Shown here: piece after piece, positions 1-13,075 of the stretch
How the letters are laid out: each line of letters opens with the position of its first letter
How positions within the stretch are numbered: the stretch's first letter is position 1
Assembly: GCF_006345805.1 (NCBI RefSeq)
Contig: NC_042997.1
Span: forward strand, 96,720,001 to 96,784,000
Source of the DNA: Octopus sinensis
Lineage: Eukaryota
Reading direction: 5' to 3'
Length of the DNA stretch: 64,000 nt
Program-made: the position numbers and the translations under genes
The notes under the pieces: model-generated
Told to the model about the DNA's origin: nothing
Database searches by the model: none
Seen by the model: only the letters and a program-made list of their open reading frames with translations

Positions 1-7
1 TGTGTGA

Positions 8-54
<47 letters not shown>

Positions 55-440
55 CAAATTTTAGGTTAGTTAGAATATGCTTGTGACCTGTTTCAAACGC
101 TTCCTAAATGAAATACACTGCACTTGCCGTGGAGAAAATATCTTGTTATGGTAAAAACGTGTAAAAAACACGACATCTGTCCAGTGACACCATCTATCAC
201 GATTCCAAGACATCAGTATTTCTAGCTTCGTTATCTGTTATCAATGGGAAATACCTAAGACATAGAACTCTAGACAGAACTCGCCGTACCACAGGATAAT
301 ACAACAGGATATAATGTAAAAGTAAACAAGACTTGCCATAAGGTTATGTGAAGCCAGCATAATGTCCACAACTATATACCAATAGTAAATTTGCACGCAA
401 ACACATACACACTTGCTCACATTTATAGACATATATGCAG

Positions 441-520
441 TGAGTGCACGTAACCTAGTTGTTAGATTGTGCAGTCACGAACTTGAGATTGCAGGTTCGA
501 TTCGCGGACTGGGTGATGTG
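441..520 (+). mobile_element. tRNA-derived SINE 5' head, degenerate
   Basis: A-box-like taacctagttgttag and B-box-like ggttcgattc; resembles the head of the SINE at 32393-32692, including the trailing gggtgatgtg. Confidence 0.55.
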
Positions 521-675
521 GGGTTTTTTTTGTTCTTATTTTGTTTTGTTTTTTTGAAAAAAGCAATTCGTTTCACGTCACTCTGCGATCACTTCGAAAT
601 CTGACATGTGACACAATATTTTTACACATATAATGTCGATTCGAAATAAGGAGTAACGTAATATACACTGCATTC

Positions 676-765
676 GAGTGTGCGTGTGTGTGTGTGTACG
701 TGTGTGTATGTGTGTGTATGTGTGTTTATTGTGTGTGTGTACATATGTGTGTATTGTCTGTGTGT

Positions 766-817
<52 letters not shown>

Positions 818-818
818 A
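676..818. repeat. (TG)n microsatellite
   Basis: direct sequence; explains the poly-HT ORFs at 578-916. Confidence 0.95.
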
Positions 819-1361
819 TATGTAGCGGTGTAGATAGCTAGATAGTTAAATATCCCTTGCAAGAAAGAACATAGAGTAACATCACTTTCCCAAGCTTCTC
901 GAAGCACCGTTGTCATGAGACGTGATTCTTAATTATTCAACAATCTCGGGGTTTCTCTTGGAAGTTTTCAGAATGTCTAGCGTTTCATTATTAAAAACAG
1001 CTTGCTAATTCAGCTTTACGTTTCTTACTCGATTAGACTTAGAGCAGTTCACGTCGTTGGCATGCCCGTCTATTTCTCTACGCTCCATAGCCGAAATGAC
1101 TGAAAGCCACCACTTCGCTGTTGTTCTACATTTCCAAGCTCTGAACTTTCTTGCATAGACTACTTCCTTCCACTAGTTTCTACAATTTGATGCAACGTAT
1201 TAGAATGGATTGAAGAATTACATATATTTTTATGTAGTAAATGTATAGATCTTGTATTTATTCTTTCATCTCTGTATGAACTCTTGTAATAACATACATG
1301 CAGCCTCATCAACAACTTGTACTGTCTATATATTCTACTACACATACATATATGCATACAA

Positions 1362-1461
1362 ATCCACTCACAAGGTTTTGATGGGCCCGAGGCTCTAGTA
1401 GAAGACACTTGGCCACGGTACCACGCCGTGGGACTGAACACCCGAACCATGTGGTTGGAAA
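1362..1461 (-). mobile_element. SINE fragment (B-box region and body)
   Basis: reverse complement reads ccaaccacatggttcgggtgttcagtcccacggcgtggtaccgtggccaagtgtcttctactagagcctcggg, a tRNA-SINE-like B box followed by a gcaagtgtctt-type motif. Confidence 0.55.
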
Positions 1462-2164
1462 TATCTCAAAAATAGTATATTTTATCTTAATGTTTTTGCA
1501 TATATATTTTCATATTTACCTTCGGCAGTGCACAAGACAATTTTGTGACATTTGGGCCTCTATTTCTTAACGAAAATGAGTAAACACAATTTTGTACTTA
1601 CTCGTGACATCAACGTGTGTGTGTGTGTGTATATGACTAAAGTTTTATTAGCTTATTACATACTCTTAATTCTGAAGTCCCACGTCCCACCGTTCTGGAA
1701 AAATGCCTGGCCTCCTTCTAAATTCGTTCCCCCACTTTTTACACTGTTGATAAAACATATATCATTAAAATAAGAGATAAGTCAATAACATCACCTCAAA
1801 ATTATGGTATGTGTTACTGATATAAATTGATGCACTTTTATAATTATATTTTCTTTTACTTGCTATGAAATGGTTATGATTGTATTGCCTATGGGAATCA
1901 TAAAATGTCTGGAAAATAATTAAACAATTAATATCATCTTTCAATGTCAATTTTTAAGATGGTAACAAAAACTTCCTCCAGAGGTAGGAAACTAGAGGAA
2001 TATTGGAAACATTACGTTGAGATGTTTTTTACCACACAGTATACATATTTATACGAAGATTATCCGAAAATGTCATAGGGTAACTATGAAGGAGTAATTC
2101 TAGGACTCTGACATATTGCATTCATTAATTTCAACACTTCTTATTATTAAATGCAATGTTTTTT

Positions 2165-2578
2165 TCCAGGCTATCAAGACCAAACGCTCAGGAAGACTGA
2201 CGAAATGCGTCTTGTTTCATCTGCACAATGCTCCATCACACGTCCTTGTTTCAATGGTGCCGTGTGTGACTGTGATTGTGAAGTGTTTGATCACCCTCCG
2301 TCTTACTTTGAACCCACCTGACAATCATCTGTTCCCCATCATAAAAAGACTGCTTGACTGGGAACTAGTATAGCAGTGATTGAGATGTCATATCTGTTGC
2401 TGGTGACTGTTTTGAACAACATGAAGACAGATACTTGACCAATGAGATCCAACCACTACAACACCGACGGAAGCAGTACTCAGTGTGCAAGGAGGACTAT
2501 ATAAAGAAATAAACTTCATTTGGTCATATTCCATGAAAGTAAATTGGTCAGCCTGGGGAATTTTCAGCCGACCATACT
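2165..2578 (+). pseudogene. mariner transposase C-terminal remnant with probable 3' TIR
   Basis: AIKTKRSGRLTKCVLFHLHNAPSH resembles VLFHQDNAPAH; degenerate HPPYSPDLAPSDYHLFP; ends gactatataaagaaataa (DYVEK*-like); TIR-like aattttcagccgaccatac. Confidence 0.8.
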
Positions 2579-2747
2579 AAGTACCAAATGAGCATTGGGG
2601 TTGATGCTGTCAGCTCACTCCTTCCTCCAAATTTTAGGCAATGTGTCTTTAGTAAAAATAGTTATATACATATACGTGTGTATGCGTGTGTCTGTGTGTA
2701 TGTATATATATGCATATATGGTATATGGTATATGGTATATGGTATAT

Positions 2748-2883
2748 GAATAAATGGTATAAACAATGCAATCTTCTCAGGAAAGTGAAAAAAGCAAAAC
2801 TCGTCAATAAGACATTTTTGCTACCCTGGTAAATATTTATTTATTTTTTCCGTGTTAGTTGTTAACAAGGTAAGAATACACTC

Positions 2884-2967
<84 letters not shown>

Positions 2968-3001
2968 TATATATGTATATATATGTATGTATATATATAT
3001 T

Positions 3002-3036
<35 letters not shown>

Positions 3037-3095
3037 GCATATATATACATATATATATATATATACATACATATATATATATATACATATATATA

Positions 3096-3145
<50 letters not shown>

Positions 3146-3246
3146 TATATATGTATTATATATATATGTATGTATATATATATATATGTATATATATGCA
3201 TATATATATATATATATATATATACATACATATATATATATACATA

Positions 3247-3288
<42 letters not shown>

Positions 3289-3457
3289 ATATTATATATA
3301 TATATATATATATAAATAGATGAGTGTATTCTTACCTTGTTAACAATTAACACGGAAAAAATAAATAAATAGTTACCAGGGTAGCAAAAATGTCTTATTG
3401 ACGAGTTTCGCTTTTTTCACTTTCCTGAGAAGATTGCATTGTTTATACCATTTATTC
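2748..3457. repeat. ~145-bp inverted repeat arms (2748-2890 and 3314-3457) around a ~420-bp (TA)n tract
   Basis: arms are reverse complements with 3 substitutions seen by eye. Confidence 0.93.
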
Positions 3458-3529
3458 TTTTGAATAGTATCAGTGGAATTTTCGAAACTTTAACCCGGAG
3501 TAAGTGGTAGAAACCCCTGAGGAGAAACA

Positions 3530-3730
3530 AGACCATGCTGGTTAAATTTCGAAATCACGTGATAGGGTTTTATCAAACTACTTCATTCTGTGAGTTTATC
3601 TCGCCAAAGAGACGTTGTGGCTTACCACTCACTGTCTGAGTATCTCATGAGGTTGGGGATTGTGTGTGGCTATCTGAGTTATATTTTTAGCTATCATTTC
3701 CAGCAATTGCAGTTGCAACTTTGCACCTCC

Positions 3731-3780
<50 letters not shown>

Positions 3781-3891
3781 ATGTATATATGTATATGTAT
3801 ATATGTATATATTTATTTATATATATATGCATATATATATAAAAGTATATACATATATATATATATATGTATGCATATACATGTATGTATG

Positions 3892-3944
<53 letters not shown>

Positions 3945-4135
3945 TACATATATATATATATACTATATACATGCATATGCATGTATGTGTGTTTGTATGT
4001 ATATATGTGTATGTATCTGTGCATATATACTAATTTTGTCTGTTCATAATGGAGTAGCAACACCTTTAATGAGAGCGGAAAGAAATAGAAATGGGATGTA
4101 GATTGGAAGTAAATATCTGTGAATCACTGCTCTAA
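3530..4135 (+). repeat. segment duplicated in inverted orientation at 10437-11302
   Basis: 3530-3735 matches the reverse complement of 11098-11302; 3960-4135 matches the reverse complement of 10437-10610; scattered substitutions. Confidence 0.9.
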
Positions 4136-6094
4136 CCTCATTTTGCTAGTTACAGCTTATACGTGACCACTTATATTGGAACTGAAAGATGCTGTTTATG
4201 AGCATATTCTATTTTAAGAAGTGTCTTCTACAGCTACGTAAATAGTAAATGTTTACTTCATATTACCCATTTTTAATCTATTTAGAACTGAAATATTTCC
4301 TACTTTAGAAACGACCGGTTGACATGCTTCTTCTTGGATTTTAGATTTTGTACTTTTAACAACAAAGTATAAACATCATACCTCACACAATGTATACAGC
4401 CGAGACACAATACAAGATAAATAACCAGAGAAAAACTCTAACGGATATCTAAGACGAAATTCATTACATGAAACTATGGGTATGAACTGCTGACTAAGCA
4501 GTTAACAATAGATTCCATTTACACTCAAGAAAACCAAAAATTTATCACTCTCATAAAACACCTTTAAAATAGTTACAAAATATTTGTAGGCGTCAACAAG
4601 TTTTAATTGAATAATATAATAAAAGTAAATGAAACGTAACTTATACGGTAGACTATTTTTTATCATTATCTTTCATACGATAATACGTTCCAATAGTTAT
4701 TTGCTATGTTTTCTTCTAAATGTAATACTTTTTGTTGATACACTTGAAGGCAATTTACAAACATTCTTCACAATTTCAATTACATTCCTTCTTTGGTTAA
4801 CTACATTTAGGATCTGTTTGAAATGATTAAAAGTACAGTAACTATATTACTGTTTTAAATGATTCATTAGATATTTTATTAATTTCTTTTTGTGTGTGAA
4901 GAAAACAATTCTAGAACACTTGTGCTGATGTTGAATTTCTTCCTCCAAGCATTTTCTTGTGGAATTTCAATGATTGTGAAATCCCTGTGATACTGAAGTC
5001 AGTAACTGGAATTTATCCGCAAAATACCTTTCTTTGTTTAGATGGCTGTCAAATTATCAAATCAATACTAAAACTTTTCACCCATGAGCTCTTCTCCCCG
5101 TGCTTTAGAGACAACATTAGGGCTACGTAACCTTTCTTCTATATAAAACGGAAATTCGTTTTGAATTTCTGTGCGAAAGCCACCTACACGAATATAATTA
5201 AAACATGCCATCTTCTATGGAGGTTGACTTCATATGTTTATATAATATTTATATACTTTTGAATGTTTGTATAGATATGACGTTTTGATCAGTCTGAAAA
5301 TTACTCTTCATTCATATAGCCTAAACTGACTACAACCATAAACTGCACTCTCTCTTGTCATAATTTGAACTTCTATGTATTATGGATATTTCCTCATATT
5401 TAAGATATCTGCCTTATACAATAAATATTGTATAGTTTTAAATTACCTCCTCTCCAAACGCTATTGCTTGTAGAGATTTACATGTAGAATGTGTTGGAGT
5501 TTTATGATGTTATAGCGTGTTTCGACAGAATCTGGTTGAAATTTATTGCAACATCAACATATACATAACCCATAACATTCTCTTTCCTTGCCGACAACGA
5601 TCTGCAGTTTATGTATTATTTGTTTATAGGTTTATGCCACAAATATGAATTAATATTCCGGTCTAACATTGAATTATACTTCTTCTTTATCAGAACCTTG
5701 CTAAACTTTACAACAATACACGGACTCGTAATAATTTCGCACATTTATCTCTACTGCTGTAATTAATAATTCCTGTCTAAATTTAATTTTGTATGTGAAA
5801 TTAATGAAGATCAGCATTTATTAACTCTAAAAATATACATAGAGAGGGAAATTTATGAGGTTTTAACGATTTCCCAGGTCTTCTCGAAGCAGTACAGTAG
5901 GATCGGATTCAATACCAAACCCTTGCAAGAGGGTCTTCATGGCGACACAACCGTTCTTATGACTATATAGAAAGTTATTAACAAAAGAATAAACTAAATA
6001 AAATTTGAGCTTTCAGAAAAAATGGTGTTTTTTCTTTTCCGTAAAGGTAACTTTTGCCAATGACTAAATTCCAACTATGGTGCCTATCTCCGTA

Positions 6095-6413
6095 TTCAAA
6101 TACACACATACACGCACTTGCACTCGCACATGCACACACTCACACACACATACACTCACACACATACATACATACATACATACATACATTCATACATACA
6201 TACATACATGCATACATATATACATACATACATACATTCATACATACATACATTCATACATGCATACATATATACATTCATACATACATATATACATACA
6301 TACATACATACACACATATATACATACATACATACACACATACATACATACATACATACATACATACATACATACATACATACATACATACATACATACA
6401 AGCATACATACAT
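6095..6413. repeat. (CA)n/(CATA)n microsatellite
   Basis: direct sequence. Confidence 0.95.
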
Positions 6414-6435
6414 ACGTATTTTGTTATTGCTTTAG

Positions 6436-6580
6436 ATGTTTCCGTCATTTGACACTGCCTATCCTGGGGCAGCGCCTTTTGGGGATTTTAGTCGAAGAAA
6501 TCACCTCAGGGTTTATTCTCTGTAAGCCTGTTACGTATTCTATTGGTCACTTTTGCCGAACCGCTAATTTACGGGAGGTT
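6436..6580 (+). mobile_element. SINE body/3' fragment
   Basis: gtcatttgacactgcctatcctggggcagcgcc...ttttgccgaaccgctaatttacggg; related fragment at 22866-22940; family recognised from recall of cephalopod repeats. Confidence 0.55.
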
Positions 6581-6584
6581 TAAG

Positions 6585-6615
<31 letters not shown>

Positions 6616-6662
6616 ATATATATTATATATATATATATATATATTATATATAATAACATTAC

Positions 6663-7220
6663 GTTATATAATTAGGTTCAGTAAAATAATTTACTTTACC
6701 ACACACCGAACTTTTAGAAATAGCAGCCAAAAAATCTTAGCTATTTCTTCTACTATAAGAAAAATCTCCCAGACAATGTATACTCAAAAATAATTCACGC
6801 AGATATAGAGGGAAAAATAACGAAAGATCACACCTACATAAGATTACTTGAGGACGACCGTTTCTGGATTAGTTGAATATAAAGATCAACATTTCCTTCG
6901 TCAGCTCAAAGATTTCTTTAGATTTGGATTTGAGAGCACTAAAAATCGAACATACCCGTCTGATATGAGTATTCCCAGGCAAACCATCTTCGACCGCTAG
7001 TACTAACGAATTCAAAAAGTACAAATGATGCTTTGCATTCTTCTCCTTCCACCCAGATGATGTTATAGAGCAACAAATTCCTACAGAGAGAACTGTAGTT
7101 TCATATCAGGGAGAGAGAATTATATTATCAATAACAAAGGGTAAAATTAATTAATTATTAATTAATTTTACCAAGTAGTGTTCAGTATGTAAAAAGACCA
7201 TTTACGGTATATTTAAAACA
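6663..7220 (-). mobile_element. non-coding Penelope-like terminal-repeat (pLTR) element between (TA)n runs
   Basis: contains a hammerhead fold; shares tagaaatagcagccaaaaa with the 59781 array monomer; right end (gggtaaaattaatt...ttcagtatgtaaa) recurs at 33065-33125. Confidence 0.6.
6848..6909 (-). ncRNA. minimal type I hammerhead ribozyme motif
   Basis: minus strand: ttgag-CTGACGA-agga...tcca-GAAAC-ggtc-GTC-ctcaa; stem I ttgag/ctcaa. Confidence 0.7.
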
Positions 7221-7589
7221 TATATATATATATTCCTAATACGGTCACTTGTTCTTGCCGAATTGGGTCTTCAACAAAGCTGGTATTCATCTGTTCATCT
7301 GTCTGTTGATGCTCATGGGAAAATGCGAGTAGAGACCAAATTATTACATATCTATGTTGAAAGAATGAAATCTTTTTTGTTACCTTTGACACAGTGATGC
7401 CTAACGTTGAATATACAGTGCGCCGAGGAGTCTTTGTATGTATTCCTCTAATTTAGAACAAAATCAATTATAATTAAAAGAATCGGAGAACGGAAAAGGG
7501 GCATAAAAGCAAATTATAAGGTGTTTATAAATGAATCCTTGTCAATTAATAGATTGCTATATGGGCTGTAAGATACACGTGTTTCGAAA

Positions 7590-7720
7590 CATCATATTCC
7601 CAGATGCATGAGCATCTGTGCAAGGTAACCATTTCGAAAGAGATGATGTTAAAACTTAGGTAAATAATTTATTTTCTATTAAACATAACTAATCCGTGAA
7701 CTTTTTGATACCACCCCGTA
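7590..7720 (-). mobile_element. mariner 5' TIR/leader fragment
   Basis: reverse complement tacggggtggtatcaaaaagttcacgg resembles a mariner TIR with flanking TA. Confidence 0.45.
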
Positions 7721-9764
7721 TGAGTCTTGTTTGCACTTTGTAGACGTTTAGAAGAATGATATTCGATGTTTATGAAAAGGAAACGTCGTCGTATCTCCAT
7801 TGCAGGATGTTCTCCATTGTTTCCGGTTACTAAAGTACAAGTGTAACATAATTTAATTTGACTCTGCAACGCTGTGTTCACTTCTCAAGATGTATATTCC
7901 CTTTCACACTATCAACTTCCAGCACTCGTAATATTGTGATTGTAGTACAGACAGCCATTAACAAAATTTTCGAGAATCTTTAGTCCCTGCCGACTTTGGT
8001 GAAAGTATTTTTGTTGGTGACATATTTAAATATGTCACTAACCAGTGGATTTTTGCCCTAACTATATATTGTATCATTAGGTACATGCGCAAAGCTTTCC
8101 TGCGACACGGATAGACAAGTATCCTCACAAAAGTATCTATCTGCGTGCCCTATCAGTCTCTAATCTCTTATATCACTATCTATTTTACAGATCGCAATAT
8201 TGCAGTCTTTGCTAATGGTGCTCTCTCTGCTCCACACTCTAAAAGACTGATGTGGCCCAGGATCCACAGTATTCCGCTTTATATTAACCATTTACGCACT
8301 GTCTCTTTCAATGTCATTTAATCTTAAGTGTATTATATTAAACTCATGTTCTTCATTCAAGCATCAGTTCTCGCAACCTTGACGTTTTCTACCAAGTGAA
8401 CACTGACTTCATATACAGAGACAGCGGAAAAAACTTCGAATAATTTTATGCCACTTTAGTTTCTCTCAATAACTATGCAACACATTTCACTTCATCTCGC
8501 CCTCTTGGAAAATAAGTAGCACACAACTACAGCACACATCAAAGTTTCAAATTCTACTCCTCACTCTAACTGAGGATCCCACCTAACAAACGCATTTCGT
8601 TGAAAAAACTTTTAATGGGGTATTACTCTTACATCTGGATTCGTGATGCGTCCACTACGTGGAATAATATGAAGTCACTTGCAGAGACATCCCAGCCCCT
8701 ATTTTAAAGATTTTGGTCCTGTGCCACTTACACGTAAGCACTTTCTTTTCATAAGAATCTCCTATTATCACTAAAGTTGTTTCCAACCACCATCCAGGAC
8801 CTGCTCTAATCACTATACTCAGATTTTTCTCCCTAGAGTTGTAGTTATCTGGAATTCTTTCCATGAACTTGAAGCATCTAATATAGAAAATATTTAGACT
8901 CTACACATATTGACTTCACACATACTGACTTTATATATACTGACGCACACACACACACACACACACACATATACATATATTCAAGCACAAACACAGATGC
9001 ATATATAGGCTTACATACTCACACATCACACACACCCGCATATACAGAGAGAAAGGAAAAGAGAGAAAAAACACATTTAGGAAAAAAAAACCTGTTTAGG
9101 AAGCAAATAAAAAATAATTCAATGCACTATTCGAAATGTTAGAAGTCAAGTTTCTCTCAGAAAATATACTGTTTAAAAAAATAAAAAGACAGGAAAAATG
9201 TATCCCAAGATATAAAACAGATGAGACATTCACAGCTGGAATAAATGTGATCATATCTTCACTCCATCAGAAACAACCTTAACATATGTTCATGGCTAAA
9301 GTTAAAAACAGAATAGTTTGGTGTCCATAATTCCATACAGTTAGTCGCTTACCGTTTAGGTTTGTATATTACAGTGAATTCTGTGCTAAGACCCACATCT
9401 TATAGACAAATATTTTGCCAGTGAAGAATGTCGTCAATCAAACATTATGGTTATCGACCTTAAACCGTGAAAGCAATTTCTTTTGTGATTACAATGTTAC
9501 CGAACGAAAATAAAATATCTAGATACACACAAAGCCAGTAAATTATAACGTTGTCGGAAACAAAGATCCTATTTGCTTAATAACTAAGGCCTTCATAAAT
9601 ACATCAAATTTCAAATTTATTGTTTTCACTTCTGCACAAAATCTCATAGATGTGTTTCGATTGTATGGGTTTGTAAAATTTCTCACTCTGTTTCACACTC
9701 TTCTAGATTACATTATTTTACACATTACATTATTTTCCTCTCACCCTGCGCATATATATATATA

Positions 9765-9771
<7 letters not shown>

Positions 9772-9821
<50 letters not shown>

Positions 9822-9858
9822 CGTGTGTGTGTGTGTGTGTATGCGTGTGTGTGTGTGT

Positions 9859-9896
<38 letters not shown>

Positions 9897-9915
9897 GGTG
9901 TGTGTGTGTGTGTGC
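9772..9915. repeat. (TG)n microsatellite
   Basis: direct sequence. Confidence 0.95.
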
Positions 9916-10024
9916 GAGCGCGCGCGTACATACATATGCACAAGAATGCGATGGTTAAATTGTCGCCATTTGAAATATTTTCATTTCGCACATGTGCATT
10001 GTATGTTTTTGATTTTGTCGACTT

Positions 10025-10243
10025 GAGCTGGCAGAATTGTTAGCACGCCGGGCGAAATGCGTAGCCGTATTTCGTCTGTCGTTACGATCCGAGTTCAAAT
10101 TCCGCCGAGGTCGACTTTGTCTTTCAGCCTTTCGATAAATAAAGTACCAGTTTCGCACTGGGGTCGATGTAATCGACTCAATCCCTTTGTCTGTCCTTGT
10201 TTGTCCCCTCTGTGTGTAGCCCCTTGTGGGTAGTAAAGAAATA
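10025..10243 (+). mobile_element. tRNA-derived SINE
   Basis: gagctggcagaattgttagc A-box, gagttcaaattcc B-box; same family on the minus strand at 29850-30088. Confidence 0.85.
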
Positions 10244-10610
10244 TATACAGTATAGTAGTGTCAGTTGAGCACCTTCTGTGAGAAGAAAAAGCACTATAAC
10301 GCAATACACTCTGCCAGAAATTTGGAAACGACATGCTGTACTGCTTGGCCTTCGCGCCGGAAGCTCCAATACGAACAGATGGTGAAAACCCAGAACAACC
10401 ATTGGCTTGCCGTGTCCCCAAAATATCTACCGAGATTCACAGTGATTCACAGATATTTACTTCCAATCTACATCCCATTTCGATTCCCTTCCGCGCTCTC
10501 TAAAGGTGATGTTGCTCCATTATGAACAGACAGAATTAGTATATATGCACGGATGCATACACATATATACATACAATCACACATACATGCATGTGCATGT
10601 ATATAATATG

Positions 10611-10664
<54 letters not shown>

Positions 10665-10667
<3 letters not shown>

Positions 10668-10870
10668 CACTTTGATCACTTTGACCGACCAGTCCGTCAG
10701 GCGTCCATTTGATACCGCTGGTCACAGCACGCTGTCCACTCCTCTCTGGATCGCGCCTTTCTCATCCACGTGATCCCAATCGTCCTCTTGAAATCGTCAC
10801 TCCACCGTCGTGGAGGTCTTCCGGGTGGTCTTTTCCGCTCACGCGGGTACCACTCGACAACTGCGTGCGT

Positions 10871-10876
<6 letters not shown>
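10665..10876 (-). mobile_element. 5'-truncated RTE-clade LINE 3' end inserted in (TA)n
   Basis: minus translation [63 protein letters not shown]-terminal pattern; short-repeat tail caaagtgatcaaagtgata. Confidence 0.85.
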
Positions 10877-10968
<92 letters not shown>

Positions 10969-11040
10969 ATACATACACAAATATATACATTTATATATAT
11001 ATACATATATACATATATACATATACATATACACACACAT

Positions 11041-11072
<32 letters not shown>

Positions 11073-11299
11073 TATATATATATATATTATATATATATAA
11101 ATGGAGGTGCAAAGTTGCACCTGCAATTGCTAGAAATGATAGCTAAAAATATAACTCGGATAGCCACACACAATCCCCAACCTCATGAGATACTCAGACA
11201 GTGAGTGGTAAGCCATAACGTCTCTTTGGCGATATAAACTCACAGAATGAAGTAGTTGGATAAAACCCTATCACGTGATTTCGAAATTTAACCAGCATG

Positions 11300-11660
11300 G
11301 TGTTTGGAGCGATCGCTAGTGATACCGACGCTGTGCCTTCATCCATCTTTCCCCACCGCTTCAGAATCAACACGGAAGCCTACATCAAGTGCCTCGAATA
11401 GGTAGTACTGCCCTGGGTGAAGTGGTTGGCTTCTGGAAAACCCCATGTCTGGCACCATGCTATAAACACAGGAGAAACCAGTCGTAGCTTTCAAACAATT
11501 TCTGCGACCACATCACTCGTAACATCTGGTCACCTAACTCTCCAGACTGCAACCTCCTTGATTATTATGTGCGTGGTGCAGTTAAGTGAGAGACCAACAA
11601 ATTTCTTTATAAAGTCAAAGAGGAATTGAAGGCAATGATTATAGCAACATTCACCAACTA
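11300..11660 (+). pseudogene. Tc1/mariner (maT-like) transposase remnant
   Basis: NTEAYIKCLE*VVLPWVK and WSPNSPDCNLLDYYV motifs. Confidence 0.75.
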
Positions 11661-11764
11661 TATCTGTGTGCTTGTGTGTATGTGTGTATGCGTCTATATA
11701 TCAAATAATTATTTACATATCATGCTGAATGCATATTACACCGTTGATAGGATGCTTAGTGGTG

Positions 11765-12430
11765 TGTATGAGGGCGTGAGAGATGTGTATGGGGGAATGA
11801 TTCTGCCTCACTAAGACCCCAAAGGCGGGGTGGGGTCTTAGTGAGGCAGAAAGGGGGCGACTAGATATGTTTACGATGGGTTGTTTGAGGCTAATGGTTG
11901 GTGTGACGCGGATGGACAGGATAAGGAATGAGAAGGGGCGAAGGCAAGCAGGGGTAAGAGAAAATCTATGTACCAGGATGAATAGACGAATGTTGGGGTG
12001 GTTCGGCCAGATGAAAAGGATAGATGAGGAGCGAATGGTAAAGAGGGTGATGAGGGCTGAGGTGGTGGGTAGCATAACGAGAGGCAGAATTCTGTTTGTG
12101 TGGATGGATGGAATGAGGAAAGCTTTGGTGGTTAGAGGTGTTGGAGTGAGAGAGACAAGAGAGTTTACCAACGATAGGAAAGCTTGGAGAGTGTTTGTGG
12201 AAGGATGAGTATATTGATGTTGCTCATAGGAGTAAGGAACCAGTATGATGCGGCAGGGGTAAACAAGCATGTACTGTCGGGCCCCGCTACTGATATCGGG
12301 GGTTGCTTTCTATGCCTTGATCCAATCATAGGACGGGGCTCGCCTTTTTGAGCTGGAAAATGAATGGAATGCCTAGTGTGTGTCTTGTTGTGTCTACCCT
12401 AACCTATGGTGAATTTAGGCATTGGTATAT
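11765..12430 (+). mobile_element. RTE-clade LINE RT C-terminus (ORF 11867-12208) and probable 3' UTR
   Basis: WGLSEAE...GCLRLMVGVTRMDRIRNE...LGWFGQMKRIDEERMVKRV...RGR...WMDG. Confidence 0.85.
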
Positions 12431-12451
12431 AAAAAATGCATATATTTATAC

Positions 12452-12578
<127 letters not shown>

Positions 12579-12861
12579 GAAGATGCCTGTGCGTTTCTGT
12601 GTGCGAGAATACATATTAGGAAAGATTTGGTTATTCACATAGTTACCTACGAAATAGATAGATCAGACAATGTGATTGAACAGACGATGTATATCTGATA
12701 AATCAGTAACAATTGAATAATTACTATCTATCTCGCAATGCTAAAACATTACTTTATCTCTTAAATCAGTCGCTGTTCTTTTGAAAGACTTATTCGCATA
12801 CGTCTATACATAATTATATGAGTGCATGTGTGTATACAAGAATATATATATATATATATAA

Positions 12862-13075
12862 AGTTAATCCAAACAAGAAAGCACAAAAAAACACAACAAC
12901 GCGAGGACGTGGAACAAATATAGTATTATTGGACGCTCAGGAAAGAAGGAAAGAAGGAGGGTTTTATCGTTTCGAGCGGAGCTCTTCGTCGGAATCATAG
13001 GAGAAGGAAAGATCCAGAGATGGGAAAACAGAGGAAAGAAATCGCCAACGGTACACACGCGGTCAGATTTTGAAT
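12862..13075 (-). mobile_element. Penelope-like terminal fragment with degenerate hammerhead (12961-12997)
   Basis: abuts (TA)n; minus strand att-CCGACGA-a-gagc-tcc-gctc-GAAAC-ga-TA; layout like the 23161 element end. Confidence 0.5.

Noticed and set aside
4900-5800. Possible ancient RT remnant on the minus strand
   Set aside because: Motif echoes are too weak to support by eye.
7140-7172. 33-bp perfect AT-rich palindrome
   Set aside because: Part of the pLTR-like element end (imperfect homolog near 33064) and of low complexity.
8080-8880. Possible old L1-like remnant
   Set aside because: Only a faint zinc-knuckle echo; not supportable without a profile search.
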